A DNA stretch of 64,000 nt from an uncultured Pseudomonadota bacterium (lineage in GTDB: Bacteria; Oederibacteriota; Muellerivitia; Muellerivitales; Muellerivitaceae): the NCBI GenBank assembly GCA_963770835.1, contig CAVYRH010000004.1:32001-96000 (forward strand). Reading direction: 5' to 3'. This document shows, one piece after another, positions 17,815 through 27,118 of this stretch. Positions within the stretch are counted from its first letter, which is position 1. The number at the start of each line of letters is the position of its first letter. The notes beneath the pieces are model-generated. The model saw nothing but the letters and a program-made list of their open reading frames with translations. It had not been told where the DNA came from and made no database searches. Position numbers and translations under genes: made by a program.

Positions 17815-19208
17815 AGAAAAATTTCTTTCCTATATTTTCCTTTTTGTTCCGGTGGGATGGGACGGTGGACCGAGGGGCCTATGTGTTGACGGGCTTCTCC
17901 GGGTTTCTCCTCAAGCACAACATCGATCGGCTGGTGGCCACCTTGGTTTATGGGAAGACCTGGGGCCTCTTTAATTATTTCATCCCGCCGAAGGACGCCT
18001 TAACCGCCTTGGCGCCCAACGACCTCCAGATGCTTTTGACCCTTTTGGCCCTCTCCCTCCCCTTCGTCTGGGTGGGGGTGGTGCTGACCCTGAGGCGGCT
18101 CAGGTCCGCGGGGCTGCCCCTACCCTGGGTGTTCTTCTTTTTTGTGCCGGTGCTCAATCTTCTTTTTTTCCTGATCCTGGCCTTGATGCCGCCCGTTTCA
18201 GGCGCGGCGGAGGTGACTGGGAAGCCTCAGGGCTGGGTTAAAAGAGTTCTGGACCGAGTCATCCCCACCAATCCCTGGGGTAACGCGGCCCTGGCCGCCT
18301 TTGCGACGGCAGTGGTCGGCGGCGCGGCCACAGCGGTCAGCGTGCTGGTCTTCAACACCTACGGCTGGACCCTCTTCGTGGCCACGCCCTTCGGCATGGG
18401 GCTCCTGGCGGCCCTGCTGCACGGCTACCACCATCCGAAAGGAATACGGGAGTGCGTCAGCGTAGCTGGGCTTTCCTGCTTCATCCTGGGGCTTGGCTTC
18501 CTAGCTTTTGCCTTCGAAGGAATCATCTGCCTGATCATGGCCATGCCCCTGGCGTTGGCCCTGTCGGCGCTGGGGGGAGTGGTGGGCTACGTGATCCAAA
18601 AAAAACAGGCCCGCCGATCCCTGGCGGCCCTGGCTTCCCTACTCCTCTTTCTTCCCTTAACGATGGGGATGGAAGCGGCCCAACCGCCGACTCCCACGGT
18701 TTTCGAGGTGAAGAGCTCGGTGGATATCCAGGCGCCACCGGAGAAGGTCTGGAAGAACGTGGTGGCCTTCACCGAAATCCCGCCGCCCCACGAAGTGCTC
18801 TTCAAAGTAGGAGTGGCCTATCCCATCCGCGCGGAAATCACGGGCAAGGGCCCGGGCGCGGTGCGGCACTGCGTCTTTTCCACCGGCCCCTTCGTGGAGC
18901 CCATCCAGGTCTGGGACGAGCCGAGGCTGCTCAAGTTCTCCGTCACCGACAACCCGGCGCCCATGCAGGAATGGACGCCCTACCACGAAATCCACCCGCC
19001 CCACCTGCACAACTTCCTGGTTTCCAACGGGGGCCAGTTCCGCCTGATCCCGCTTTCCAACGGCGGAACCCGGCTGGAAGGCACCACCTGGTACCTGCAC
19101 CACATGTGGCCCTCTCTATACTGGCAGGTTTGGTCGGATGAGATCATCCATGAAATCCACATGAGGGTTTTGAACCATATCAAAATGAAGTCGGAGGAAA
19201 AATCATGA
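17811..19208 (+). CDS. DUF805-like membrane protein fused to an SRPBCC/START-like domain
   Basis: ATGA overlap; TLRRLRSAG; multiple TM helices; SSVDIQAPPEKVW; IHMRVLNHIK. Confidence 0.75.
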   Translation: MKKNFFPIFSFLFRWDGTVDRGAYVLTGFSGFLLKHNIDRLVATLVYGKTWGLFNYFIPPKDALTALAPNDLQMLLTLLALSLPFVWVGVVLTLRRLRSAGLPLPWVFFFFVPVLNLLFFLILALMPPVSGAAEVTGKPQGWVKRVLDRVIPTNPWGNAALAAFATAVVGGAATAVSVLVFNTYGWTLFVATPFGMGLLAALLHGYHHPKGIRECVSVAGLSCFILGLGFLAFAFEGIICLIMAMPLALALSALGGVVGYVIQKKQARRSLAALASLLLFLPLTMGMEAAQPPTPTVFEVKSSVDIQAPPEKVWKNVVAFTEIPPPHEVLFKVGVAYPIRAEITGKGPGAVRHCVFSTGPFVEPIQVWDEPRLLKFSVTDNPAPMQEWTPYHEIHPPHLHNFLVSNGGQFRLIPLSNGGTRLEGTTWYLHHMWPSLYWQVWSDEIIHEIHMRVLNHIKMKSEEKS

Positions 19209-19891
19209 CGGATAAGAAAACACAAGTCGAAAAAATCCAGAAAGCAGACAAGACAAAGCAAAAAATACTCGAAGCCTCCCTGGATCTTTTCCTGAAGAAG
19301 GGCTATGAGAATACCACCATGCGGGAAATCGCCAGGGCCGTGGGCCTGGCGCCCGGGGCCGCCTACTACCACTTCGACGCCAAGGAACATATCATCCAGG
19401 CTTTTTACGAGATGTCCTTCGAGGAGCACCTGCCCGAGGTGGAGCGGGTGCTGGCCAAGGAGAGGGACCTCCAGAAGCTGATCGCGGGCGTCACGCGCGC
19501 CCACATGATGATCGCGGAGAAATACCACGCCATCTCCAAGGCGCTCTTCACCACTGCAGGGGATCCGGACCACGTGTTGTCGCCCTTCAGCGCCCAGTCC
19601 AAGCCCTTAAGGGAGCGCAACATCGAAATCTATAAGAAGGTGATGGACGTTACCACCAGCCCTGTTCCCGCGAAACTAAAGCCCAAGCTGCCGGAGCTCC
19701 TTTGGATGTACAAGATGGGGATCATCCTCTATTGGATCTACGACCGCTCGCCGCGACAGCGGAAGACCTTCCAGCTGATCAGCCAAAGCTCCATCCTGAT
19801 CGCCCGGCTCATTAAGCTTTCCAACCTGCCGGTCTTGAAAGGATTTTCCGAGCAAATCGTGAAGATGTTCTATAAGTACAAGTTTTATTAA
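19205..19891 (+). CDS. TetR family regulator
   Basis: ILEASLDLF...TTMREIARAVGLAPGAAYYHFDAKE. Confidence 0.92.
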   Translation: MTDKKTQVEKIQKADKTKQKILEASLDLFLKKGYENTTMREIARAVGLAPGAAYYHFDAKEHIIQAFYEMSFEEHLPEVERVLAKERDLQKLIAGVTRAHMMIAEKYHAISKALFTTAGDPDHVLSPFSAQSKPLRERNIEIYKKVMDVTTSPVPAKLKPKLPELLWMYKMGIILYWIYDRSPRQRKTFQLISQSSILIARLIKLSNLPVLKGFSEQIVKMFYKYKFY

Positions 19892-19893
19892 CG

Positions 19894-19926
19894 GCAGTTG
19901 ACAGCTGGCAGTTCACAGTCGACAGG
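19894..19926. repeat. Heptamer tandem repeat (CAGTTGA-type)
   Basis: CAGTTGA CAGCTGG CAGTTCA CAGTCGA CAG. Confidence 0.6.
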
Positions 19927-19986
19927 GAAAGATAAAAGGCAACGGCCAGCCAAAAATCGGGAACAATTGAGTAATCGGAGGTTTTT

Positions 19987-20895
19987 ATGGGAAAAGTGAT
20001 TCTAGCCGGTGGAAGCGGGTTTATCGGACAGGGCTTGGCGAAAAGGTTCGCCGCCCAAGGGGATGAAGTGGTGGTTTTAAGCCGGTCTTCAAAAACGCAA
20101 GCCGGAAAGGTAACTACCCTCCAATGGGATGGGAAGACCCTGGGGGATTGGGCCCAAGCCATTGAGGGTGCCGACCTGGTCATCAACCTTGCCGGCAAAA
20201 GCGTGAATTGCCGCTACAACGAGAAGAACAAAAAGGCCATTCTGGATTCCCGCGTGGATTCCACCCGCGTGCTGGGCAAGGCCATTCAACAGGCCAAAAA
20301 CCCGCCCCGGCTTTGGATCAATTCCAGTACCGCCACCATCTACCGCCACGCGGAAGACCGGCCCATGGATGAGGAAACCGGAGAAATCGGCAGCGGGTTT
20401 TCGGTGAACGTTGCCAAGGCTTGGGAAAAGACTTTTTTCGAAATCGAAACCCCTAAGACCCGCAAGGTCGCCCTTAGATCCGCCATTGTTTTGGGGAAAG
20501 AAGGCGGCGTTTTCATCCCATTCAAAAATCTGGTGAAGTTCGGCTTGGGCGGCACCCAGGGGAGCGGAAGGCAGATGTTCAGCTGGATCCACGAAGAGGA
20601 CTTATTCGAAATCATCTGGTTCATCCAGACCCGTGAGGATATGACCGGGGTGGTCAATGTCTCGGCCCCCAATCCCCTCCCCAACCGGGAGATTATGAAG
20701 GCATTCCGTATGGCACTCAACCGCCCCCTGGGCCTTCCAGCCCCCGCCTGGCTTTTGGAGGTCGGAGCCTTCCTGATCCGCACCGAAACCGAACTGCTTT
20801 TGAAAAGCCGGTGGGTGGTGCCTACCCGTCTACTCAACGCCGGCTATCAGTTCAAATATCCCACGGTTCCAAAGGCCTTGGCCTGCTTCGTTTGA
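19987..20895 (+). CDS. TIGR01777-like NAD-dependent epimerase family protein
   Basis: GGSGFIG, INLAG, SRVDST, GSGRQMFSWIH and LLLKSRWVVP motifs. Confidence 0.9.
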   Translation: MGKVILAGGSGFIGQGLAKRFAAQGDEVVVLSRSSKTQAGKVTTLQWDGKTLGDWAQAIEGADLVINLAGKSVNCRYNEKNKKAILDSRVDSTRVLGKAIQQAKNPPRLWINSSTATIYRHAEDRPMDEETGEIGSGFSVNVAKAWEKTFFEIETPKTRKVALRSAIVLGKEGGVFIPFKNLVKFGLGGTQGSGRQMFSWIHEEDLFEIIWFIQTREDMTGVVNVSAPNPLPNREIMKAFRMALNRPLGLPAPAWLLEVGAFLIRTETELLLKSRWVVPTRLLNAGYQFKYPTVPKALACFV

Positions 20896-20913
20896 CTGCG
20901 TTATGATATTCCC

Positions 20914-21342
20914 ATGCTCAGGAAAATTAGCCTCAGCGCCATGGTGTTCACTTATTTCTTCGCGGGGTTGGCCCATTTTCTCAAAGCCGATTACTACCTT
21001 AGCTTCATCCCTGCGGTCGTCCCTCAGGCCCGATTTCTGGTCCAATTGTCCGGCGCGGCTCAAATCATTCTCGCCGTTCTTTTGGCCATCCCCAAAACCC
21101 GTCGGGGGGCCTGCTACGCCATTCTTTTGCTTTGGAGCATTTCCCTACCCCTCAACATTTACACTGTGGCGACAGGAGGTGTGGGAACCCCCTTCACCTC
21201 ATGGCAATTGAAGGCACTCATACCTTTCCACCTCCTGTTGATGCTATGGGCTTTTTTGCTCAGCCAGGAACCGACGGGCCATCGGCAATCTCGAGTCTCG
21301 AAGAAAAAATTCAAAATCATGAAATCAACGGTTGAACAATGA
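20914..21342 (+). CDS. DoxX-like membrane protein
   Basis: AGLAHF, LVQLSGAAQ and PLNIY motifs. Confidence 0.7.
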   Translation: MLRKISLSAMVFTYFFAGLAHFLKADYYLSFIPAVVPQARFLVQLSGAAQIILAVLLAIPKTRRGACYAILLLWSISLPLNIYTVATGGVGTPFTSWQLKALIPFHLLLMLWAFLLSQEPTGHRQSRVSKKKFKIMKSTVEQ

Positions 21343-22091
21343 AAAAACCAATGACCCCGGATTCTTCCCCAGCCTTCAATGAATATGGCGTCGATACGCC
21401 GCAGGTGACGGGCTTCCTTTTAGGATGGGGGCTTTTTTTAGCGCTCTTGGCTTGGGTCTTGGGCCGCCGTCCTCTCCAGGAATTTGCCGACGGGTTCCTG
21501 GGGTGCCTTTTCCTGGCCTCCGGCTTTCTTTTGTTCGTTGTGGCTTTGTGGATGATATGGACCGGATGGAAGGGAAAATCGGTGGCCTGTCGGCGGTTGT
21601 TGGACAGCCTGCAATTGAAGGGCAACGAAAAGCTTTTGGACTTGGGTTGTGGCAGGGGACTGGTTTTAATGGAGGCGGCTAAACGCCTGCCGCGGGGCCG
21701 TGCCGTGGGGTTGGACAACTGGTCCCAGGCTTATCTCTTTCAAAACAACCGGGAAAGAACTCTTTTCAACGCCAAGGCCGCCGGCGCTGAAAAAAAAGTG
21801 GAGGTGGTTACCGGGGACATGCGCCGGATTCCTTTTCCCCGGGGCCGTTTCGGCGCAGTGACTGCCTATTTGGCGATCCACCGCATCCGGGAAAAGGAAG
21901 GACGCCTCAAGGCCCTCCAGGAAGCCGGGCGGGTCCTTAAAAAAGGGGGACGGTTAGCCCTGCAGGATTTCCAATACAACCGCCAAATCGCCGAGGACTT
22001 GAGGAAAATAGGTTTTCAAAAAGTCCGGGTTTCAAAACTATCGCTTCTGACCTTCCCGCCGTTGAGGCGGATTACCGCCGTCAAGAAATAA
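21339..22091 (+). CDS. Membrane-anchored class I SAM methyltransferase
   Basis: YGVDTP, two TM helices, LLDLGCGRG, GDMRRIPF and RVLKKGG motifs. Confidence 0.85.
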   Translation: MKKPMTPDSSPAFNEYGVDTPQVTGFLLGWGLFLALLAWVLGRRPLQEFADGFLGCLFLASGFLLFVVALWMIWTGWKGKSVACRRLLDSLQLKGNEKLLDLGCGRGLVLMEAAKRLPRGRAVGLDNWSQAYLFQNNRERTLFNAKAAGAEKKVEVVTGDMRRIPFPRGRFGAVTAYLAIHRIREKEGRLKALQEAGRVLKKGGRLALQDFQYNRQIAEDLRKIGFQKVRVSKLSLLTFPPLRRITAVKK

Positions 22092-22507
22092 CCCTCTTTC
22101 CCTTAGGAACCGCAAGGGCTCAGGTCTTTAAACGGGGCTGATCTTAATTTCCCGCCCCGAATGGATAAATTTAGAACTTCGAGAGAAAAGCCGGGGAATC
22201 ACTTCCGCAGCAAGGGAAGTGCCCCAAATGGAGGGAGGTTTTTCCACGTGAAAACGGTCTCCCGGAAAGGGACCATTGTAGAATCGAAAAAACCGAGGAA
22301 TAATTTTGTAGCAATAACCCCGGAAACCCACCCAAGGCGGTCTCGGCGAAAATGGATGGGAGAAATATCGTGCAACCGGAGCTGCCGTTTCCCGATAGAT
22401 TTTCAACCCCAAGCCCGCCTCGACCCGTCAAGATCTGGAATTTATTAAGAAACGGCCTGATACCTATTCCGAACCGGGCTTGACAGCGGAAGGGCCTCGT
22501 TTAAAAT

Positions 22508-23266
22508 TTGTTGGTGTTATATTCACAAATGTTCATCCTTGCCGAGGAAACCGAGCTTTCTCTTGAAAAACTCGGGAAGTTGCTGGGGGTATCGGGCATG
22601 ACCTTGCGGCGTTGGCGCCGGCAAAAGCCGGATTCGGTCCTTCCTTCCACCTACGAGCGGTCCTTTTCCTGTGGCATTGAGCAAATGGTGGTTGATGGAA
22701 CTCTTTCGCCCGAATCCAAACTGGCCCGTTCGGTGATGTCCAAAAGCCGCCGGCGGTCATTTCAAGCAGCGCTGAAATCCCTGGGTTTTTCACCGGCCCT
22801 GTTGGAAGGAAACCGGGACCCCAACGACCGGTTGATGCTGGGATTGTCCCAAATCGCGAACGACCTCTCGAGGGTCAAGAAGGTCGACCGCAGTTGGAGG
22901 CTGATTTCCCGCCTTTCCCGGATGGGGGAAGAATGGAAACGGCGCATTGAAGGGCTCAAACAAGTCATTTTTTCGCCCCGTCTGGGAACCTTGGACAAGC
23001 TGGTGGCTTATGGAGCCCTTTTTTATTTGGTTACCCCTTTTGACCTGATCCCCGACGACATACCGGTCTTTGGTTATTTAGACGATTTCGCCATTTTAGG
23101 GCTGGCCTTGGCTTTTTACATGAAGCGGTTCCCCCAACTGTTGGAAAGGGGTGGGGTGGGGAAGCCCGCCAGAAGTCCCCTTCTCGCCTCCGCAGTGGAA
23201 TCCACCTCTCCACCTCCCAAGGTCCGGCGGCCCAAACGCACTCTCCTCCGGGAAAAATCAGGATGA
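22508..23266 (+). CDS. HTH plus DUF1232 (YkvA) fusion protein; start uncertain (22508/22514/22529)
   Basis: LSLEKLGKLLGVSGMTLRRW; YLVTPFDLIPDDIPVFGYLDD; TTGACA-16 bp-TAAAAT at 22480-22507. Confidence 0.75.
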   Translation: MLVLYSQMFILAEETELSLEKLGKLLGVSGMTLRRWRRQKPDSVLPSTYERSFSCGIEQMVVDGTLSPESKLARSVMSKSRRRSFQAALKSLGFSPALLEGNRDPNDRLMLGLSQIANDLSRVKKVDRSWRLISRLSRMGEEWKRRIEGLKQVIFSPRLGTLDKLVAYGALFYLVTPFDLIPDDIPVFGYLDDFAILGLALAFYMKRFPQLLERGGVGKPARSPLLASAVESTSPPPKVRRPKRTLLREKSG

Positions 23267-23772
23267 ACCTATTACATGTTCTCAGCAGCGACTTTGTATC
23301 GGGTTCCGAAACCTCTACGGCCGCGCTGGCTGCGGAGCAGATGAAGAATGGCCACCATGTGTTCATTGCCGCCGGAAGCTTCAGCCAACCCACCCAAGCC
23401 AAGTTCATAAGGGTGCCGATCTTCGACCGGGGCCCTCTCCGGCGCCTGATGAATGTCGGCGCGATCCGGCGCGTCATCCTCGACGAAGGCATCGATATCG
23501 TTCATGCCCACTCGCGGGCCGCCAGCTGGATTTGTTATTGGGCTTGCCGCCTCACGGGGACCGCCTACCTTTCCACACTCCATGGCCGCCAACACCTGCA
23601 TTTTTCCAACCGCTACTTTAATATTTACGGTCCCCGGTGCATCGCGGTCTGCGAAAACATCCGCGAACAAATGCTCCAGGAAACCGCGGCCTTCCAGGCG
23701 GACCAATTAGCCGTCATCCGCAACGGCATACCCCTGGCCGCCCAAAAGGGCTCAACCCACAGGTTCAAATGA
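23263..23772 (+). CDS. GT4 glycosyltransferase, N-terminal domain only
   Basis: SGSE, DIVHAHSR, STLHG, IAVC and VIRNGI motifs, followed by a stop. Confidence 0.8.
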   Translation: MNLLHVLSSDFVSGSETSTAALAAEQMKNGHHVFIAAGSFSQPTQAKFIRVPIFDRGPLRRLMNVGAIRRVILDEGIDIVHAHSRAASWICYWACRLTGTAYLSTLHGRQHLHFSNRYFNIYGPRCIAVCENIREQMLQETAAFQADQLAVIRNGIPLAAQKGSTHRFK

Positions 23773-23778
23773 GGTTTT

Positions 23779-25083
23779 ATGCCTAATCCGGTTGTTTTGA
23801 TTGTAGGCCGGCTTTCGGGCCCCAAAAATTTGGTCGTGCTGGTCATTCTGCGCACGGCCGCGCCTGCGGTGCTGAAAAAGTTTCCCGGCACAAGGTTCGA
23901 CGTGATCGGCGGGCCGGTCACGGAAGAACACCGGAAATTGGAAAAACAGTTTTCCTATATCCGCTTTCACGGGCATCAAAAGAACCCCGATCCTTTTTAC
24001 CGGAAGGCGACGGTGGTCATCGGAGCGGGCCGCGTGGCGCTGGAAGCCATGGCCCTCCAAAAACCCGTGGTGGCCATCGGCGAGCGCAAGTACATCGGCC
24101 CCCTGCGCCCGGATAACCTTGAAGCGGCCAAAGCCACCAATTTCGGCGATTGCCTGGAAGAGGAAGATTTCAACTGGAGCCGGCTGACGCGGGACCTTTT
24201 GGACCTCCTGGGGGACAAGAAAAAACGGGATCTGGCCGCCAAGACCGGTTTTCAGTTGTTGAAAGACGAATACGACCTCGGCAAGGTGGCCGCCCAAACG
24301 GAGGCCCTGTACCAAAAAGCACTTTTGGAAAAAAACATTTCTCGTTTCCACGAAATTCCGGTGCTGATGTACCACAGGGTCGTGGAGAAGGCCCCGGATT
24401 CCTCCAAATACAATGTTTACGTCACCCGCGAGACCCTGGAAGAGCAACTACGTTTCCTGAGAAACCACGGATTTGCGACGATCACCTTTGAGGACTTTTC
24501 AACCCGCCGAGTTCCCTCGAAGCCCGTCATCCTCACCTTCGATGATGGTTATGAGGATAACTATCTCCACCTATTCCCGTTACTCAAGAAGTACCATATG
24601 AAAGCGGTGGTTTATATCCTGGGCAACCGCAGGCACAAGAACAACTTTTGGGATATCCCCCAAGGCGAACCGGAAGCATCCCTTTTAAAAGAAAAGCAAA
24701 TCCGGGAAATGTCCAACAGCGGCCTGGTGGAATTCGGCGCGCATTCGATGAACCACGCAAGACTGACGGAATTGAAGCCTTTGGAAATTCGAAAGGAAGT
24801 GGAAGGGTCCTATAAAACGATCAGTGAACTTTTAGGAAAACCGGTCCTTTCCTTCGCCTATCCTTACGGTCAGCTCAACGCGGAGATCAAAAAAATAACC
24901 GCGCAAGCAGGCTATCCTTTCGGAATAGCCGTGAAGGGACGGTTCAGCCGATTCGGGGACGACCTTATGGAAATCCGCCGGGTGCATATGTTCCCCAATA
25001 CCTCGCTTTTTGACTTCTGGAAGAAAACCAGCGGGTTCTATCATCGCTACCGGAAGTGGACGGGAAAATTCGATGCCGCCTAA
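23779..25083 (+). CDS. GT4 C-terminal domain fused to a polysaccharide deacetylase (CE4)
   Basis: IVGRL; ALEAMALQKPVV; IPVLMYHRV, LTFDDGY, FGAHSMNH and FAYPYG motifs. Confidence 0.85.
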   Translation: MPNPVVLIVGRLSGPKNLVVLVILRTAAPAVLKKFPGTRFDVIGGPVTEEHRKLEKQFSYIRFHGHQKNPDPFYRKATVVIGAGRVALEAMALQKPVVAIGERKYIGPLRPDNLEAAKATNFGDCLEEEDFNWSRLTRDLLDLLGDKKKRDLAAKTGFQLLKDEYDLGKVAAQTEALYQKALLEKNISRFHEIPVLMYHRVVEKAPDSSKYNVYVTRETLEEQLRFLRNHGFATITFEDFSTRRVPSKPVILTFDDGYEDNYLHLFPLLKKYHMKAVVYILGNRRHKNNFWDIPQGEPEASLLKEKQIREMSNSGLVEFGAHSMNHARLTELKPLEIRKEVEGSYKTISELLGKPVLSFAYPYGQLNAEIKKITAQAGYPFGIAVKGRFSRFGDDLMEIRRVHMFPNTSLFDFWKKTSGFYHRYRKWTGKFDAA

Positions 25084-25828
25084 ACTTTCGGTGGTTGTCA
25101 TCACCCTCAACGAGGAGAAAAATATCGTCCGGTGCCTCAAGAGCCTCCGATTCTCCAAGAAACCGGAAGTCCTGGTGGTAGACGCCCAAAGCAAAGACAA
25201 AACCGTAAGTGTGGCCCGGAAACTGGGAGCCAAGGTTTTCGTCCGTCCCTGGAAGGGCTATTCGGACCAGAAGAACTGGGCTTTCACCAAGTGCCAGGGG
25301 GATTGGATCCTGTCCCTGGACGCGGATGAGGAATTGACGCCGGCCCTGGCCCAAGAAATTGAGGCCATCGTTTCCAAACCAGCCCAGGACGTGGACGCCT
25401 TTTTCATCAAGCGCCGGGCCTTTTTCCTGGGTAAATGGATCAAGCATTGCGGCTGGTGGCCGGACGCGCAATTGAGGCTACTCCGCCGGGGCAAGGGAAA
25501 ATTCTCCAACCGTCCCGTGCACGAGGGGCTGGAAGTAAAGGGGAGGGCCCTGACCTTAGTGGAGCCCATGAACCATTACACCTACCATTCCATCGATCAG
25601 TACTTGGAGAAGATGGAGCGTTACTCGGACCTTTTCTGCCAAAGCGCGCCGTCCAAGAAGAAAAATTTCTGGTGGGCCTACCTCGTCTTTATGCCCGGCT
25701 GGACCTTCCTCAAAATGTTTTTCCTCAAGCTGGGCTTCCTGGACGGCTGGCGGGGGATGCAAGTCTGCGGGCTCTCCGCCTATCATGAATACGTGAAATA
25801 TAAAAAGCTTGGCCGGAAGAAAGGTTAG
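25073..25828 (+). CDS. GT2 glycosyltransferase (KdtX/WaaE-like)
   Basis: LSVVVITLNEE, WILSLDADE and RPVHE motifs. Confidence 0.88.
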   Translation: MPPKLSVVVITLNEEKNIVRCLKSLRFSKKPEVLVVDAQSKDKTVSVARKLGAKVFVRPWKGYSDQKNWAFTKCQGDWILSLDADEELTPALAQEIEAIVSKPAQDVDAFFIKRRAFFLGKWIKHCGWWPDAQLRLLRRGKGKFSNRPVHEGLEVKGRALTLVEPMNHYTYHSIDQYLEKMERYSDLFCQSAPSKKKNFWWAYLVFMPGWTFLKMFFLKLGFLDGWRGMQVCGLSAYHEYVKYKKLGRKKG

Positions 25829-25832
25829 GAAG

Positions 25833-26594
25833 GTGATCCCCAAGGCCCTTTCCTACCGGACCCTCCAAAGCTGCCTTTTCCTCGGCATTCTCGCGGTGAA
25901 TGGTTTGGTGGACGGCTTGTTCTTGAAGCTGGTCCGGTTCCGCGCCTTGAGCGGCTGGGAGGATGAGCTCGATTTTGATTCCCTCATATTCAATTGGAGC
26001 CGAATCCATGGGATAGTCCTTGCCGTGACGGGCTTGGGGCTAGCTGCAGTCCTTTTAAGTTTTTTCGCGGAGGGTTTTTACCGGCGGTTCGGTTGGATCC
26101 TGGCGCTGGTTTTCCTGGCCAGCATGGTTTATCCCTGGGGACTGGCTTTTCATTACGTAAGGTCGTTTCATATCATCCTTCTTTTCGGTATCTTGATCAA
26201 CGCCTATGGATTCCTGGTTTTGGCCTTTTTCAAGGGGCCGGCGGGGCTTTTAGGCACAGCGGAGAAGCGAGGCAAAAAGATGACTGCATTCAAGGAAATA
26301 CCGGTGGAAGAAGCCCAAAAGCTGCTGGAGTCGGGCAAGGCCGTCTTCGTGGACGTGCGGGACAACGCCTCCTACGAGGCCGCCCGCGTGCCGGGGGCGA
26401 TCCACTTGAACGACGCCAATGTGCAGGATTTCGTCACCAAGACCGACAAGTCAAAACCAGTGGTTTGTTACTGTTACCACGGCAACACCAGCCAGGGCGC
26501 GGCGGCCTACCTGACGGACCAGGGTTTCCAGGAAGTGTACAGCGTCATCGGCGGGTTTGAAGAGTGGCGGCAGACGGAGAAGATTGAAAATTGA
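25833..26594 (+). CDS. Membrane region in frame with a GlpE-like rhodanese (internal ATG 26280)
   Basis: About four TM helices, then MTAFKEIP...VDVRD...CYCYHGNTSQGAA...GGFEEW. Confidence 0.7.
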   Translation: MIPKALSYRTLQSCLFLGILAVNGLVDGLFLKLVRFRALSGWEDELDFDSLIFNWSRIHGIVLAVTGLGLAAVLLSFFAEGFYRRFGWILALVFLASMVYPWGLAFHYVRSFHIILLFGILINAYGFLVLAFFKGPAGLLGTAEKRGKKMTAFKEIPVEEAQKLLESGKAVFVDVRDNASYEAARVPGAIHLNDANVQDFVTKTDKSKPVVCYCYHGNTSQGAAAYLTDQGFQEVYSVIGGFEEWRQTEKIEN

Positions 26595-26624
26595 CCGGGA
26601 AGTTACGGTTATCAGGCGGACAAA

Positions 26625-27107
26625 ATGGGCGTATGGGATAAAGAATACCGATATTGGCTGATGAAGGCCGAGCCGGATGTTTATCCGGTCGAGCAATGGA
26701 AGAAGGACAAGGTCACCTTTTGGGACGGCGTGCGCAACTATACGGCCCGCAACTTCATGCGCGATAAGATGAAAAAGGGCGACGGCATGTTCTTCTACTA
26801 CTCGGGCGGCAAGCCCAGCGGCATCGCGGGGGTGGGAGAAATCGTGAAGGAAGGCTACCCCGACCACACCGCCTTCGATCCCAAGGACATCCATTTCGAC
26901 CCCAAGAGCGACCCGAAAAAGCCTTCCTGGTACATGGTGGACGTGAAATACGTGAAGGCCTGCAAACAGATCCTGTCGCTGGATTTCCTCAAAAAAGTCC
27001 CCGGCCTCAAGAATATGGCCCTTTTCAAGTATTCGCGGCTTTCAGTCCAGCCGGTCACCGAAGCCGAATGGAAGATCATCAACCGCTTGATCGATTCCCA
27101 GGAGTAA
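26625..27107 (+). CDS. EVE domain protein
   Basis: YWLMKAEP, WDGVRNYTARN and SRLSVQPV motifs. Confidence 0.92.
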   Translation: MGVWDKEYRYWLMKAEPDVYPVEQWKKDKVTFWDGVRNYTARNFMRDKMKKGDGMFFYYSGGKPSGIAGVGEIVKEGYPDHTAFDPKDIHFDPKSDPKKPSWYMVDVKYVKACKQILSLDFLKKVPGLKNMALFKYSRLSVQPVTEAEWKIINRLIDSQE

Positions 27108-27118
27108 ACTAAGCCCCT

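Noticed and set aside
22128..22448. Short overlapping ORFs in the roughly 400-bp spacer
   Set aside because: No motifs or convincing RBS, and they overlap each other on both strands.
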